Counted from the first letter of the stretch, positions 1 through 9,147 are shown. The stretch is 32,000 bases of DNA from Acaryochloris marina S15 (GCF_018336915.1 NZ_CP064923.1:1-32000); one strand, 5' to 3'. A program made the numbers and translations. The notes: generated by a model from the letters alone, not told the origin.

Positions 1-293
1 TCGCTAAGTATCCCATCCACGGCATTAAAATCGATCAGAGTTTCGTCAAAGATTTGGCAGACAGCCCGGAGAGCAAAGAGTTGATTCGCTCGATGATCGC
101 CATGGCCGATGCCTTGAATCTGCAAGTGGTGACTGAAGGGGTAGAAACCCTAGAGCAATTGCATGTGATTACAGAGCTGGGATGCTGCTATATTCAAGGC
201 TTCTTATTTACGCGTCCCATGACTGTCCTGCAGGCAGAAGCATTTTTAGTGGATCAGCCGTATCGTGAGTTAGGTGCGATCGCAACTGAGTAA
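1..293 (+). CDS. EAL-domain (c-di-GMP phosphodiesterase-type) protein, C-terminal part; the 5' end lies outside the window
   Basis: The frame is open from base 3 (AKYPIHGIKIDQSFVKDL...) to TAA at 291-293. IKIDQSFV, VVTEGVETLEQ and GCCYIQGFLFTRP match the conserved C-terminal EAL-domain motifs. Confidence 0.85.
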   Translation, partial: AKYPIHGIKIDQSFVKDLADSPESKELIRSMIAMADALNLQVVTEGVETLEQLHVITELGCCYIQGFLFTRPMTVLQAEAFLVDQPYRELGAIATE

Positions 294-349
294 CCCCAGA
301 AACCAGAATATACAGTGAACCATCTCACCGTAATTCCCAAATCTGTAAT

Positions 350-718
350 CTACTCTTCGACACCAAAGATCGATAGATTTAGCGGAACAGCCTCCCCTAG
401 CCAAGATGCATGGATGGTGTGATCGGCTAGATCATTCCCAGTGAGGGCATGGACAAAGACCGTCAACTCATTCCGATTGGCTTCCAGCCAGGGGATGAGT
501 TGATCAAACTGATCTTTGTTAAAGGAAAGCTGACAGCTCCATCGAGGATGTGGCCCCACCAACTTTTGATGAACGCGCCCCACTTGGATTCCCCATAGCT
601 CGCCTGCTTTATGACAAATGGACGATGCCACTGCCACCGAGTCTTGATCGAAGTAGACATGGGCGTGGTAGTGATCGTATGTGTTGGTGGGCCGTTTCGT
701 CATGGGTGTTGTGGGCAT
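350..718 (-). CDS. DOPA 4,5-dioxygenase-family (PF08883-like) small aromatic ring-cleavage protein
   Basis: 122-aa ORF. YHAHVYFD...VGPHP...VFVHALTGNDLADHT...WLGEAVPL follows the family pattern (HxHxYF, GPHP, HPxTG..DH). Confidence 0.8.
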   Translation of the reverse strand: MPTTPMTKRPTNTYDHYHAHVYFDQDSVAVASSICHKAGELWGIQVGRVHQKLVGPHPRWSCQLSFNKDQFDQLIPWLEANRNELTVFVHALTGNDLADHTIHASWLGEAVPLNLSIFGVEE

Positions 719-777
719 CTAACGAGAGAACTTGCTCAACAAAATAGGATAAGTAGGTCTAATCTGTTTCCTATGGC

Positions 778-1374
778 CTAAACAGCATTCATCAGATCAT
801 CATATTCTTGAGAACTCAGTATTTTGGGAGTAACGATGGGTAGGCCAGAGTCAACCCTAAAGAAGGGGGTCTGTTTATAGCTGCCATCCAGGCGCGCCTT
901 CAGGATCATCAGCAGATTACGCAGAATCGCTTTTAGCTGCCCAGTGGGTTTAGGTTTAGGGTCTTCTTTGGCACCCTTTGTATTCACGTAGGCGGGGTTG
1001 GAGGCGCAGATCTCATCCAGCTTGACATCAGCAGATTCCAAGCAATTATGAACCATACCCAGAAAAGACAGCGTATGGCTCGGTAATGTATTGCCAATGG
1101 GCGTGTTGCAACAAGTCGTATACCAGCGAAGTAGACCTGCTTCCGTCAGGCGCATACAGCCTAAATACTCAGTTCCTTGCGCAAAAGAGATATGCTTCGG
1201 CAGCATCTGCACGATCTCTGTGCCCCCCTGGTGATCGAGGATTTCATGACTTCTGCCTAAGAAGTGAGCAAACGCCTGACAATCCCGACAATAACAAATC
1301 AACCGATTGATCGATTCAGGTTTATTGATACTGCCTTGAACGCTTCCACACTTACATTGGATTGAATAGGTCAT
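778..1374 (-). CDS. Cys-rich protein of GFA/CENP-V-like type (DUF6151-like); function unknown
   Basis: 198-aa ORF with paired-Cys motifs (CKCG, CYCRDCQ, TTCCNTPIG) typical of zinc-binding GFA-fold proteins. Confidence 0.7.
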   Translation of the reverse strand: MTYSIQCKCGSVQGSINKPESINRLICYCRDCQAFAHFLGRSHEILDHQGGTEIVQMLPKHISFAQGTEYLGCMRLTEAGLLRWYTTCCNTPIGNTLPSHTLSFLGMVHNCLESADVKLDEICASNPAYVNTKGAKEDPKPKPTGQLKAILRNLLMILKARLDGSYKQTPFFRVDSGLPIVTPKILSSQEYDDLMNAV

Positions 1375-1492
1375 TGTCTACTTCTCCTAGTCAATGGGTT
1401 GGTTATGGCTCTACAGACTCAATCAGCGATATTGTCCTTGAATCTAACATGAGTTTTTCTAGCCCTTACGCTGTCTTGAATACAGTTAGGGT

Positions 1493-2005
1493 TTAGTCTT
1501 TTTTGACGTGGGGGGCCAAGTGCATCATGTAATCTCGTTTGCCAATGGGTACCCCCGCCATGCGGAGAATGTCGTAAGCCGTAACTAGATGGAAGTAGAA
1601 GTTTGGCATGAGAAATTCGTTGATATAGTCAATTCCCGACAGTTCGAGATAGAGACTGTCGCCTAGGTCAATGCGCGTGATTTCAGCTAGTTTTTGATCT
1701 TCAACGCTAATGTCCACCAGCATGGTTTGAGTCTTGGCGATGTGCTCGTAAGCCTGGGTGAGAGCGGTAACCTCTGGATCGAGATTATTGGCAGGTTTCC
1801 CTTCACTCCACAGGACAAAGTTGCGGGGTTGATTGCAGGTGAAGGCAATCTGGGTGCCGAAGGGCAGCATATCAGCCGCAATCTGCTTCTGTAGGAGTGA
1901 GTCGTCATCACTGAAATGCGTTTGCGCCGTCTTCAAAAGATGTTCGAGCGTTGCTAAGCGGCTTTGAAAGATGGTCTGAATTGAATCTATCGTCTGATTT
2001 GGCAA
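1493..2005 (-). CDS. DUF1993 domain protein
   Basis: 170-aa ORF. The C-terminal PNFYFHLVTAYDILRMAGVPIGKRDYM is the signature block of DUF1993. Confidence 0.8.
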   Translation of the reverse strand: MPNQTIDSIQTIFQSRLATLEHLLKTAQTHFSDDDSLLQKQIAADMLPFGTQIAFTCNQPRNFVLWSEGKPANNLDPEVTALTQAYEHIAKTQTMLVDISVEDQKLAEITRIDLGDSLYLELSGIDYINEFLMPNFYFHLVTAYDILRMAGVPIGKRDYMMHLAPHVKKD

Positions 2006-2145
2006 AGCGTGCTCCCTCCCAATTGATCCTGTGAACTGATGGGTTGGTGAAACCGTTTTTAGCCTAACGAAAATGCTAATAGGAGTGCGCGAAATAATTT
2101 CAAGGCCCCACTGAATACAAGGCTGAATGGTCTATTGTTGGGGCG

Positions 2146-2625
2146 TTATCGGCTTTGATCAATCTGTATCTTTGAGCGCTGTAAGACCTGGTTCATGTAG
2201 TTGCGCCACAAGAATTTCGCAATGATCCACAGCAGAGGATAAGCCAAGGGAGAGCGAGCGATGAAAGTGTAGCGCCATTGGATATCCGTGCCTGCTGATG
2301 GGGTTGGGCTAAACCACCATTCCCCCTCGGCAGAATGGATCAAAAATCTTAGGGAACTCGTAAATTGGCTAACGGTGTAGCTGAAGTAAGACGGATATTC
2401 ATAGGTCGTCAGCTGTTCTTGAATAGAGCTGTGATCTGATAAATAAACGGTACGTGTTTCACCTGCTGTATTCCAGTCGCCCAGTTGTTTCTGAATGCTG
2501 ACAACTGCAGGTAATGGTCCATAGCCAGTGAAAATGGAGGTCAGGTCGATAGGGACGATATGCTCAAAAGTCGACGTTAGATTTGCCTGAACGGTTGTTT
2601 TTACTGTGGCTGAAAGTAAACTCAT
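2146..2625 (-). CDS. SRPBCC (START/polyketide-cyclase-like) family protein
   Basis: 159-aa ORF. Its size and sequence pattern are typical of SRPBCC ligand-binding proteins. This assignment comes from recalled family resemblance, not from a search. Confidence 0.6.
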   Translation of the reverse strand: MSLLSATVKTTVQANLTSTFEHIVPIDLTSIFTGYGPLPAVVSIQKQLGDWNTAGETRTVYLSDHSSIQEQLTTYEYPSYFSYTVSQFTSSLRFLIHSAEGEWWFSPTPSAGTDIQWRYTFIARSPLAYPLLWIIAKFLWRNYMNQVLQRSKIQIDQSR

Positions 2626-2835
2626 TCATTGCTCCACAGTAGGGTGTGTTGTTCTCCGTGCGCTATTGGCCATTGCAACTTATGACATTTAACGTAACTC
2701 GCGGAGGGTATGGAAAAGGCAGACATGCTTAGTCTAAAACGTTGAGTATGGCCCATTCAGAGAGATTCAGTATTCTACCCTGGTTGTCCAAGGTATTAAC
2801 TCGCCACTGCAAGGCAGAACCAGTATCCTGTATTA

Positions 2836-3591
2836 CTACGTTAGATTGAGCCCGCCATCAGATAGCAAAATCTCGCCTGTGATGTAGTGGCTGGCAATCA
2901 GCATCGAAGTGACTTGAGCGATCTCTTCGGGTTCTGCACCGCGACCCATTGGCGCTCTTTCTTGCCACAGTTCCCTGGCTGCTGTCCATTGCTGGCTCAT
3001 GGGCGTGTTGACAAGACCGGGGGCAATGGCATTGACCCGAATCAATGGTGCCAAGCTCACTGCTAACAACTTGGTCATGTGACTCAAGGCAGCTTTACTG
3101 ACGGCATAGGGAATGGAGGCTCCCTTGGGGCGAATCCCTGCATGGGAGCTAATATTGACAATGCAGCTTGGACAGTCCTGACTGGCAGACTGGCGCAATG
3201 CTGCTTCAGCTTCTGTAATTAAGATCCAGGGAGCAATCACGTTGACCTCGTTCAGCTCCCGCCAGATGTCTGGAGAGGCTTGTTTTAAGTCAGCATGGGG
3301 AATCGTTGCGGTGATGCCTGCGTTGTTCACTAAGACATCTAGCCGACCGTAATGGGACAGCACCTCAGTAATTAACTGACGAGTTTGATCTTGATCCGAG
3401 AGATCGGCTTGAACATAGGTCGCACCTGAATGTTCTGCTGCTAATGCTCGGCCCACTGTCACGGAAGACTTGGAATGGAATGCGACGGCGAAGTTATCTT
3501 GGGCGAGACGAGTTGCGATCGCTTTACCAATACCTGACGTAGAACCCGTCACCAGAGCAACTCTTCGGTTATGGGTTTGTTTTGGAGTCAT
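2836..3591 (-). CDS. Short-chain dehydrogenase/reductase (SDR) family oxidoreductase
   Basis: 251 aa. It has the TGSTSGIGKAIA Rossmann motif (TGxxxGIG), NNAG, and the catalytic YAVSKAAL (YxxxK). Confidence 0.9.
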   Translation of the reverse strand: MTPKQTHNRRVALVTGSTSGIGKAIATRLAQDNFAVAFHSKSSVTVGRALAAEHSGATYVQADLSDQDQTRQLITEVLSHYGRLDVLVNNAGITATIPHADLKQASPDIWRELNEVNVIAPWILITEAEAALRQSASQDCPSCIVNISSHAGIRPKGASIPYAVSKAALSHMTKLLAVSLAPLIRVNAIAPGLVNTPMSQQWTAARELWQERAPMGRGAEPEEIAQVTSMLIASHYITGEILLSDGGLNLT

Positions 3592-3720
3592 CCTTACTGC
3601 CTCTGCATTTTACGATTCAGGATAGAAACTGTTACTCGATTACTCAGTTGGCCTAGGGAGTAGTGTTCTAGCAAAATGTGGGATTGGTAATCTATCCCGG
3701 TCGCTTTGGAATCGGTGCTG

Positions 3721-4905
3721 TTAGGTTAGAGCTTGGTCAATCACCTGTACGAGCTGCTCTAATTCGGATTCCAAAGTCAAATAATGGACACAAGCTCTGA
3801 CGCAGTTAGGATCTGCGATTAAGCGCACCATAATTTTTTGGCTTTCAAGCTGTTGGACAAAAGGACGATGATTATTATTGAAGCCTTCAATTTGGAAGGC
3901 GACTAAACCGGACTCTGGTGCTGTAGTGCGTAAACAGGTAATTTTCGGCAGGGTGCTGAGCATCTCCCATAAAATTCGACTGAGATGCACAATGCGTTGA
4001 TAGCGATCTGTCGGTGTCCCCCACTGTTCTTGTAGCTCAATGGCGGCGGTCAGTCCCGGAAATAGTGGAAAGGCAGAAGTCGCCACCTCATACCGACGGC
4101 CATCGGGTTTCCAACCCGTGGGCTTACCCTGGGCATCCATATCAATCCCGCGCCAGCCGATAAAAGTGGGTTCCAACTGCGCTAATGAGGCGGGTCGAAC
4201 ATACAGCCCCCCTAAACCATCAGGACCGCAGAACCACTTATGACCGGTAAAGGCATAGAAATCTACATCTAACTCATCCACACTCAAGGGCAACACCCCG
4301 ACAGATTGGGCGGCATCCACTAAAATGGCCACGGTGGGTACGGCTTGTCGACAGGCGGCTGCCATTGCTTGGAGGGGTAAGACCTGACCCGTGTTCCAAA
4401 GAATATGGCTCACCACAGCCAAACGGGTATTGGGTCGCAAATGCTTCACCATCACCGCAATTGGATCACCCTCATTCAGAGTTGCCATCAAGGGGAAGGT
4501 GGACACTTCGACCCCATAGCGATGCTTGAGCTGTTGGGCAGTGGCGATGATGCCAGGATGTTCACAGTCGGATAATAAGATGTGATCGCCAGGCTGCCAG
4601 TTGAACCCCCACATGGCGATATTGCAGCCGCTGGAAACAGATTCCGTCAGGGTAATCGTACTGGGAGAGACGTTGAGTTGAGATGCGATCGCACATCTAG
4701 TACCCTCAACTTTCTCGGTCATCCAAGTTAGTGCCCCCCCGGTAAACGGGCCAAGCTCTTGCATTTGGGTATAGGCAGACTGAATGGCAGTGAAGGCAGG
4801 AGTTGGTAGGGGGCCTTGACCACCGTGGTTGAAGTACAGCTTGTTCGCTAAAGCGGGAAATTGCTGTCGATGTACTTCTAGAGAATGCTGCTGATCGGAG
4901 GTCAT
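3721..4905 (-). CDS. Class V aminotransferase-fold PLP enzyme (cysteine desulfurase / isopenicillin-N-epimerase-like)
   Basis: 394 aa. FTGHKWFCGPDGLGGLYV contains the PLP lysine motif of class V aminotransferases, and the N-terminal YFNHGGQGPLP is typical. Confidence 0.85.
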   Translation of the reverse strand: MTSDQQHSLEVHRQQFPALANKLYFNHGGQGPLPTPAFTAIQSAYTQMQELGPFTGGALTWMTEKVEGTRCAIASQLNVSPSTITLTESVSSGCNIAMWGFNWQPGDHILLSDCEHPGIIATAQQLKHRYGVEVSTFPLMATLNEGDPIAVMVKHLRPNTRLAVVSHILWNTGQVLPLQAMAAACRQAVPTVAILVDAAQSVGVLPLSVDELDVDFYAFTGHKWFCGPDGLGGLYVRPASLAQLEPTFIGWRGIDMDAQGKPTGWKPDGRRYEVATSAFPLFPGLTAAIELQEQWGTPTDRYQRIVHLSRILWEMLSTLPKITCLRTTAPESGLVAFQIEGFNNNHRPFVQQLESQKIMVRLIADPNCVRACVHYLTLESELEQLVQVIDQALT

Positions 4906-5010
4906 ACCTATCCTTAGGGTTCAGGTCACAAAGCCAGCTTACTAGCCTTTGCTATTCTGCCTGATTTTGTCATCTCAGTAGGCTTGCTCCCTGAGAAAAG
5001 TCTGACCATG

Positions 5011-5130
5011 CTAAAAATTTTCTCGGTTCTGGTCGCTGTCTGCAAATGCATCCGTCAGAACGTTATGCAAGAACAAGCCGAAATAGATCGATTGCCAGAG
5101 CAAGATCCAAACGAGTGTGTAGTCTTTCAT
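5011..5130 (-). CDS. Possible 39-aa hydrophobic small protein (MKDYTLVWILLWQSIYFGLFLHNVLTDAFADSDQNRENF)
   Basis: An internal ATG of the 5011-5205 ORF is preceded by GGAGGAAACA-ATG, a canonical Shine-Dalgarno sequence (+ strand tgtttcctcc at 5131-5140). One predicted TM helix. No homology is claimed. Confidence 0.3.
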   Translation of the reverse strand: MKDYTLVWILLWQSIYFGLFLHNVLTDAFADSDQNRENF

Positions 5131-5680
5131 TGTTTCCTCCAAAGTGGTGCCAAGGGTCATACGATGAGTCTCATTGGGTAACAATCCCGAGGTGAAGGGA
5201 CACAAGATTAGGTGGTGCAGAATTGACTGGTTGGGATGACATTGAGACTAATGCCACTGACCATGAAGCCTGGGCGAGAACCTGAAATAACACATATGCT
5301 AGTGAATGCTACTGTTCTAGCAAGCTACAACTGATAAATAGCTGTCCAAGCAGTAGTTCAATATATAGGGTCTAGGCTGCATGCCAGATGACAGTGCTTT
5401 TTATTGACCTTGATTGCTGTAAACATCTTGATTCTAAATAGATTTATATAAAGCTTCAATCAAAGAATGATTGATTTTTATCTATACTAAAATTAGATAC
5501 TTGATTTGGACTTGAGCTAATAGCTGGTATGACATCTTCATTAATCCTTTAGCTTAATTGTCGTCTAATCATATTCTGTAAAGCCATTTGGACATTCGAC
5601 TGATTCTGGGGCTTGGATAGGAGCTGGTGGTATAGATTGGGATGTCACATCTGATTTACAGTAATTAAATGGGTCGTGCA

Positions 5681-6181
5681 TCAAACAATTGTGGGGTAGG
5701 TGAGTATGTCATCCCAATGCCAAGCTCGCGAGGCTAGATCAGCACGTTGTGCCGCCGTTGTTTTAAGCCGACTGTGTGTCCAAATCCAATTGAAATAGCT
5801 GACCACTAATCGAGCAGTGACTTTGGTTTGCGCCCACACTTTGCCAAATTTGTTCTGGCGTCGATGCCATCGACCACTGTGCTGTCGAATAATGCCATTG
5901 GTGCGTTCGAGTCGTTGAGTTCTGTCCTTGCCAATGTAATGGTCAATCTTCCAAGGCAACACTCTTTCGTAACCACCCCAATCGTCGCTATTCCAGTCCT
6001 TGCAATCGGTCTTACCTTCAGTGCTAATCACCAGTTCATTCAATAATGAATCGGTGTGCTTGCCCACACGACACGAGAGGATCACGCCGCTTGTGTTTGC
6101 CAAGGTAATCGCCATCCAACAATCACCCATCTCTAGCTCATGGGGAAGACAGTGTTTTTGCTTTTTTTCACAAAGGACCAC
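5681..6181 (-). CDS. IS1-family transposase, downstream -1 frame (InsB-like DDE catalytic part), expressed as an InsAB' fusion
   Basis: The DDWGGYERV...TQRLERTNGIIRQHSGRWHRRQNKF pattern matches IS1 InsB (D..W..Y, T..IER.N...RQ..R..R). A -1 slip on A7 gives ...WSFVKKKQKHCLPHELEMGDCW..., joining the two frames. Confidence 0.85.
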   Translation of the reverse strand: MVLCEKKQKHCLPHELEMGDCWMAITLANTSGVILSCRVGKHTDSLLNELVISTEGKTDCKDWNSDDWGGYERVLPWKIDHYIGKDRTQRLERTNGIIRQHSGRWHRRQNKFGKVWAQTKVTARLVVSYFNWIWTHSRLKTTAAQRADLASRAWHWDDILTYPTIV

Positions 6182-6510
6182 ATTTCATCTGCACTGACAT
6201 CCTCCGTTTCAACGGCTTGCACTTGGCCATTATGGAGTTGCTGAGATCGTTGGCTAGCAGCTCTTACTAGAGAGACTACAGTGTTGTAAGCTAGGCCACT
6301 GGTCCGAGTGATACCTCGAAGACTACTCCCTTCTGCATGGGCTTGGAGGACTTGTCGGACCTGCTCTGGACTCACCTGACGACGATAGTAAAGGGTATCA
6401 AAGCGTTCGGTAAAGGTCTGCTGGCACTCAGGACAACGGTATCGTTGAAGCATGTTGGGCATCTTGCCATGCTTGTGTGCTTTGGAATGACCGCATAGTG
6501 GGCATTGCAT
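6133..6510 (-). CDS. IS1-family transposase, upstream frame (InsA-like: zinc finger + HTH)
   Basis: 125 aa. CPLCG...CPECQ zinc finger followed by an HTH-like segment. The frame ends just after the A7 slippery run. Confidence 0.85.
   Translation of the reverse strand: MQCPLCGHSKAHKHGKMPNMLQRYRCPECQQTFTERFDTLYYRRQVSPEQVRQVLQAHAEGSSLRGITRTSGLAYNTVVSLVRAASQRSQQLHNGQVQAVETEDVSADEMWSFVKKSKNTVFPMS
6162..6168 (-). promoter_or_regulatory. A7 slippery heptamer, the predicted programmed -1 frameshift site of the IS1-family transposase
   Basis: The minus strand reads gtgAAAAAAAgc in the InsA/InsB overlap. IS1 elements use an A-run for -1 frameshifting. Confidence 0.7.
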
Positions 6511-6599
6511 GGGTAGGTTAGAAGCTGAGCTGAGCCTCTAGTATACTCAACCCACAATTACTTGAGGCACGACCGCAGACATTCCCTGAAATATAGACA

Positions 6600-7061
6600 A
6601 TGAAATTTAAAATAAATAGATGGAAGAATTTCTTTTCATTGATTGGGATAAGTTCACTTACCCTTTTGACTATCGGATGTGGGCCTGATCTAAAAGCAAT
6701 CGAGTGTCAAGTACTACGTGAGGCTCACCAAAAAGGTTTTGATAAAGCAATTTTCATTAGACCTTTTGGAAGCTTGACCTATGATCACAGCATTGAAAAG
6801 CAGATGGCATCAAGTTGGACAAGTTCAGCCCAAAACATAGCTAAACTTGAAATTTCAGATACAAAACTCAAAAAAATCCAGGGAGAGCTTATAGCTGCCT
6901 ATCAGCATGCAGGAGAACAAACAAGCCAAGCTGCTGCCCTTATCCCTACCAATAATCAAGTTGATGAAGTCTTGAGTAACCAAATCGAAAAGTTTCGCCG
7001 CGGCTCCATAGGACAGATGGATCGACTCTCTCAGGATATTCACTTGTACTGTAAAAACTGA
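6600..7061 (+). CDS. Putative lipoprotein, paralog 1 (function unknown)
   Basis: 153 aa. Signal peptide ending in the lipobox-like LLTIGC|GPD. AT-rich codon usage. Paralogous to the interrupted gene at 7103-9080. Confidence 0.75.
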   Translation: MKFKINRWKNFFSLIGISSLTLLTIGCGPDLKAIECQVLREAHQKGFDKAIFIRPFGSLTYDHSIEKQMASSWTSSAQNIAKLEISDTKLKKIQGELIAAYQHAGEQTSQAAALIPTNNQVDEVLSNQIEKFRRGSIGQMDRLSQDIHLYCKN

Positions 7062-7342
7062 TAAAGCATCAATTTGTCCGAAAGATATATTGCAAAAGCT
7101 GTATGACTAAACCAAACAACAAAAGAAATAGGACACAACCAGTTCAATGGATGAGTCTAATATTGCTGTTGTCAGTGCTGATAACAGGCTGTGGCCCTGA
7201 CTTCAAAAGTCAATGTAACACGGTCAGCGAGACACTTTGGGAAACAATAAATAAACGCCGATTAATGGATAAAAATCGAACAGAAATACTAGATGAAGCT
7301 GAGAATTCTGTAAAGTTATCTGCAAAATTAAGAACTCTTGAT

Positions 7343-7351
7343 ATAAGAGAC
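7343..7351. repeat. 9-bp target-site duplication (ataagagac), left copy, of IS copy 1
   Basis: An identical 9-mer directly abuts both IS ends. Confidence 0.9.
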
Positions 7352-8837
7352 GGGCGTATTTAGCGGATCGGGGATGCCTTAGTTTTCGGAATGGTCACCT
7401 CTGGGAATAAGGAGTCAAACCGTTCATTGACCCAGGCAATTCTCAAGATCAGTAAATGGTTGAAACCATCCTCACTCCAGCGCATGCCAACTCCCTTAAA
7501 GCGCTGCTGAATCAACCACTTGCATGCACTTTCAACCATTCCTGACCCGAGAGGAATCTGTTGCTGTTCAAAGTGCCGATAACGGATGTGGTTATGATGG
7601 CGTTGGAAATAAGCCTGCACCTGGAGCAACGTTGAAAAAGACTTTCCCGTTAACAGTTGTGAGTGAATCAATATCGTCAAGGACCGTAATACAAGTAGGT
7701 GTTGCCCGTGTCGCAATTGGTGTCGCCAGTGCCGGAACCAGGCTTGGGCTTGAGCAGAGCGGGCATCTCCAAACATCGCTTTAGTTGCTCGTGCCAGATG
7801 GCCTGCTGAATGAAAAAAGTCGAGGACTGCCACAGCACAATGAGAGAACAAGGTGCGATAGACTCGCCAGAAGCCTCGTCCCCCATCACTGAGCCAGATG
7901 ACTTTTGGAGCAGATTCAAAGTCTTGTTTGTGAGCTTCGAGTTGAAGTAAAGGGATGAACTGGTCGATATCGCCCAATACTGCCACCAGTCTTCGACGCA
8001 GTAATTGGGGGACCTCCTTTTTAGCTCGGGTAACCCGTGTTCCCAGGCGAGCTAAGATGGCGACTTTGACTTCTCGCCACTGGATTTTTCCCTTGGGTGA
8101 GTTCGGGGTGGGGCGAAAGGGGACCATCACACCATCGGCGGCAATGGCCAAAGGTAGAGCAGATAACATCTCTGAAATCGCTTCACAAGGGGCCTGAGTC
8201 CCTGATGATTGAGCGTTGAGTTGAGCTTCTAATTCCTGCTGAGCTTTGTTACCCACGGATTGCACCCAGTTCCACAAACTGGATGGACTCACGGATAGAC
8301 CACTCCACTGACCCAGCATCCAACTGGCCAGTTCATAGGGCATGAACAGACTCAACAAGCAGCCCAGACGCACCAGTTCTTCGCTGCTGTGCTGATAGGG
8401 GGCAATCCCAATGGCTTGATCCAGGGGAGTCAACAGACTGCCTGGACATCCTTTGGGACAACGGCCCACCCGTCGCTTTCAAGAGATAGTGCCTACCAGT
8501 GTCTGCATCTGACGAGATTCCCATCCCTTCGAATGTAAGCGGGTTCCGCAGGTAGTACATACAGGCCATACAAATACTGCTTTCGCGCGCCTTGAGAGTT
8601 CATCCTCCAGAAGACAGCGAGCTAGAAACAAGCCCATTTGCAGAACGATATAAACCATCTGACTCAGGCTGGTTGATACTTTGAGTGCTTCAGTTTGTTC
8701 TAGAAATTCGTCATGGGCTAGCACGGTTAGCAATTGCGATGGTAGGGTCATGATAGTTTTTTGGTTCGGGTACAGGATCTATTGTCCTTGACCCGTTTTT
8801 CTTTGAGCCATGCATCCCCGATCCTTTGCTTACGCCC
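7352..8837 (-). mobile_element. ISKra4-like (ISKra4/ISLre2-type DDE) insertion sequence, copy 1, complete (1486 bp)
   Basis: The ends are gggcgtatttagcggatcggggatgc and the reverse complement of gcatccccgatcctttgcttacgccc (IR 21/26). It is flanked by the 9-bp direct repeat ataagagac (7343-7351 and 8838-8846). Family assignment comes from recalled transposase motifs, not a search. Confidence 0.85.
7360..8751 (-). CDS. DDE transposase (ISKra4-like) with an in-frame TGA at 8479-8481; the conceptual read-through product is about 463 aa
   Basis: The 90-aa ORF (8479-8751) and the 369-aa ORF (7360-8469) are in the same frame: ...CTTCGTRLHSKGWESRQMQTLVGTIS-TGA-KRRVGRCPKGC... The DDE-type blocks are AADGVMVPF...WREVK, LSDGGRGFW...VLDFFHSAGHL and PLGSGMVESACKWLIQQRFKGVGMRW. 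Confidence 0.8.
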
Positions 8838-8846
8838 ATAAGAGAC
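8838..8846. repeat. 9-bp target-site duplication (ataagagac), right copy, of IS copy 1
   Basis: An identical 9-mer directly abuts both IS ends. Confidence 0.9.
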
Positions 8847-9106
8847 AGCAAACTTAAGAAATTAGTCAAAAGCACAGCTACTGCTTTTGATGAAGTAGCA
8901 GAAGCAAACCGTAAGCTTGCACAATATTCTGATGAAGATGGAACATTGAGCTACTATACAGAACGGCAACAGAAGCAGAAACAGAACGCTATAGTTACCC
9001 AACACAAACAAGCTAATGGGAAAATCCGAGAATCAGTGGATCAAATGGGTAATCATTGCGATTTCTACATTAGTTTCTAGAATACTAAAGAATATTAAGT
9101 TGAGTT

Positions 9107-9147
9107 CTATTTAGAGTTCAATGTCACTGACATTGAACTCTAAATAG
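9107..9147. repeat. 41-bp perfect palindrome (ctatttagagttcaatgtca-c-tgacattgaactctaaatag) 27 nt after the lipoprotein stop codon; possible terminator hairpin
   Basis: The arms at 9107-9126 and 9128-9147 are exact reverse complements. No T-tract follows, so the terminator call is weak. Confidence 0.5.

Larger units (their letters stand above)
5672..6574 (-). mobile_element. IS1-family insertion sequence (903 bp)
   Basis: The terminal inverted repeats are ggtcgtgcatcaaacaattgtggg (5672-5695) and the reverse complement of cccacaattacttgaggcacgacc (6551-6574), matching 21/24. They enclose InsA-like and InsB-like overlapping frames. No flanking direct repeat was found. Confidence 0.85.
7103..9080 (+). 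pseudogene. Putative lipoprotein, paralog 2, interrupted by an ISKra4-like IS (exonic parts 7103-7351 and 8847-9080)
   Basis: Signal peptide with lipobox VLITGC|GPD. Removing the IS and one 9-bp duplication joins ...LRTLDIRD to SKLKKLVKS... in frame (160 aa). This aligns with paralog 1 (...KLEISDTKLKKIQGE...). Confidence 0.85.

Noticed and set aside
350-4905. Six consecutive minus-strand small enzymes (DOPA-dioxygenase-like, DUF6151, DUF1993, SRPBCC, SDR, class V aminotransferase), considered as a possible biosynthetic cluster
   Set aside because: The genes are separated by gaps of about 60-210 bp and show no translational coupling. The families are generic stress or detoxification types with no obvious shared pathway. 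This is not enough to call a system.
5409-5506. A recurrent cTTGATT / AATCAAAG motif (5409, 5427, 5458, 5468, 5500) in the AT-rich ORF-free segment, considered as possible iterons or an operator array
   Set aside because: The motif is short and AT-rich in an AT-rich background, the spacing is irregular, and it does not exceed chance expectation.
7524-8197. ORFs of 86 and 80 aa on the + strand, and 80 and 78 aa on the - strand, inside each IS copy (also at 9424-10469 and 10846-11891)
   Set aside because: These are shadow ORFs overlapping the transposase frame. They recur only because the IS is triplicated, and they have no motif content.
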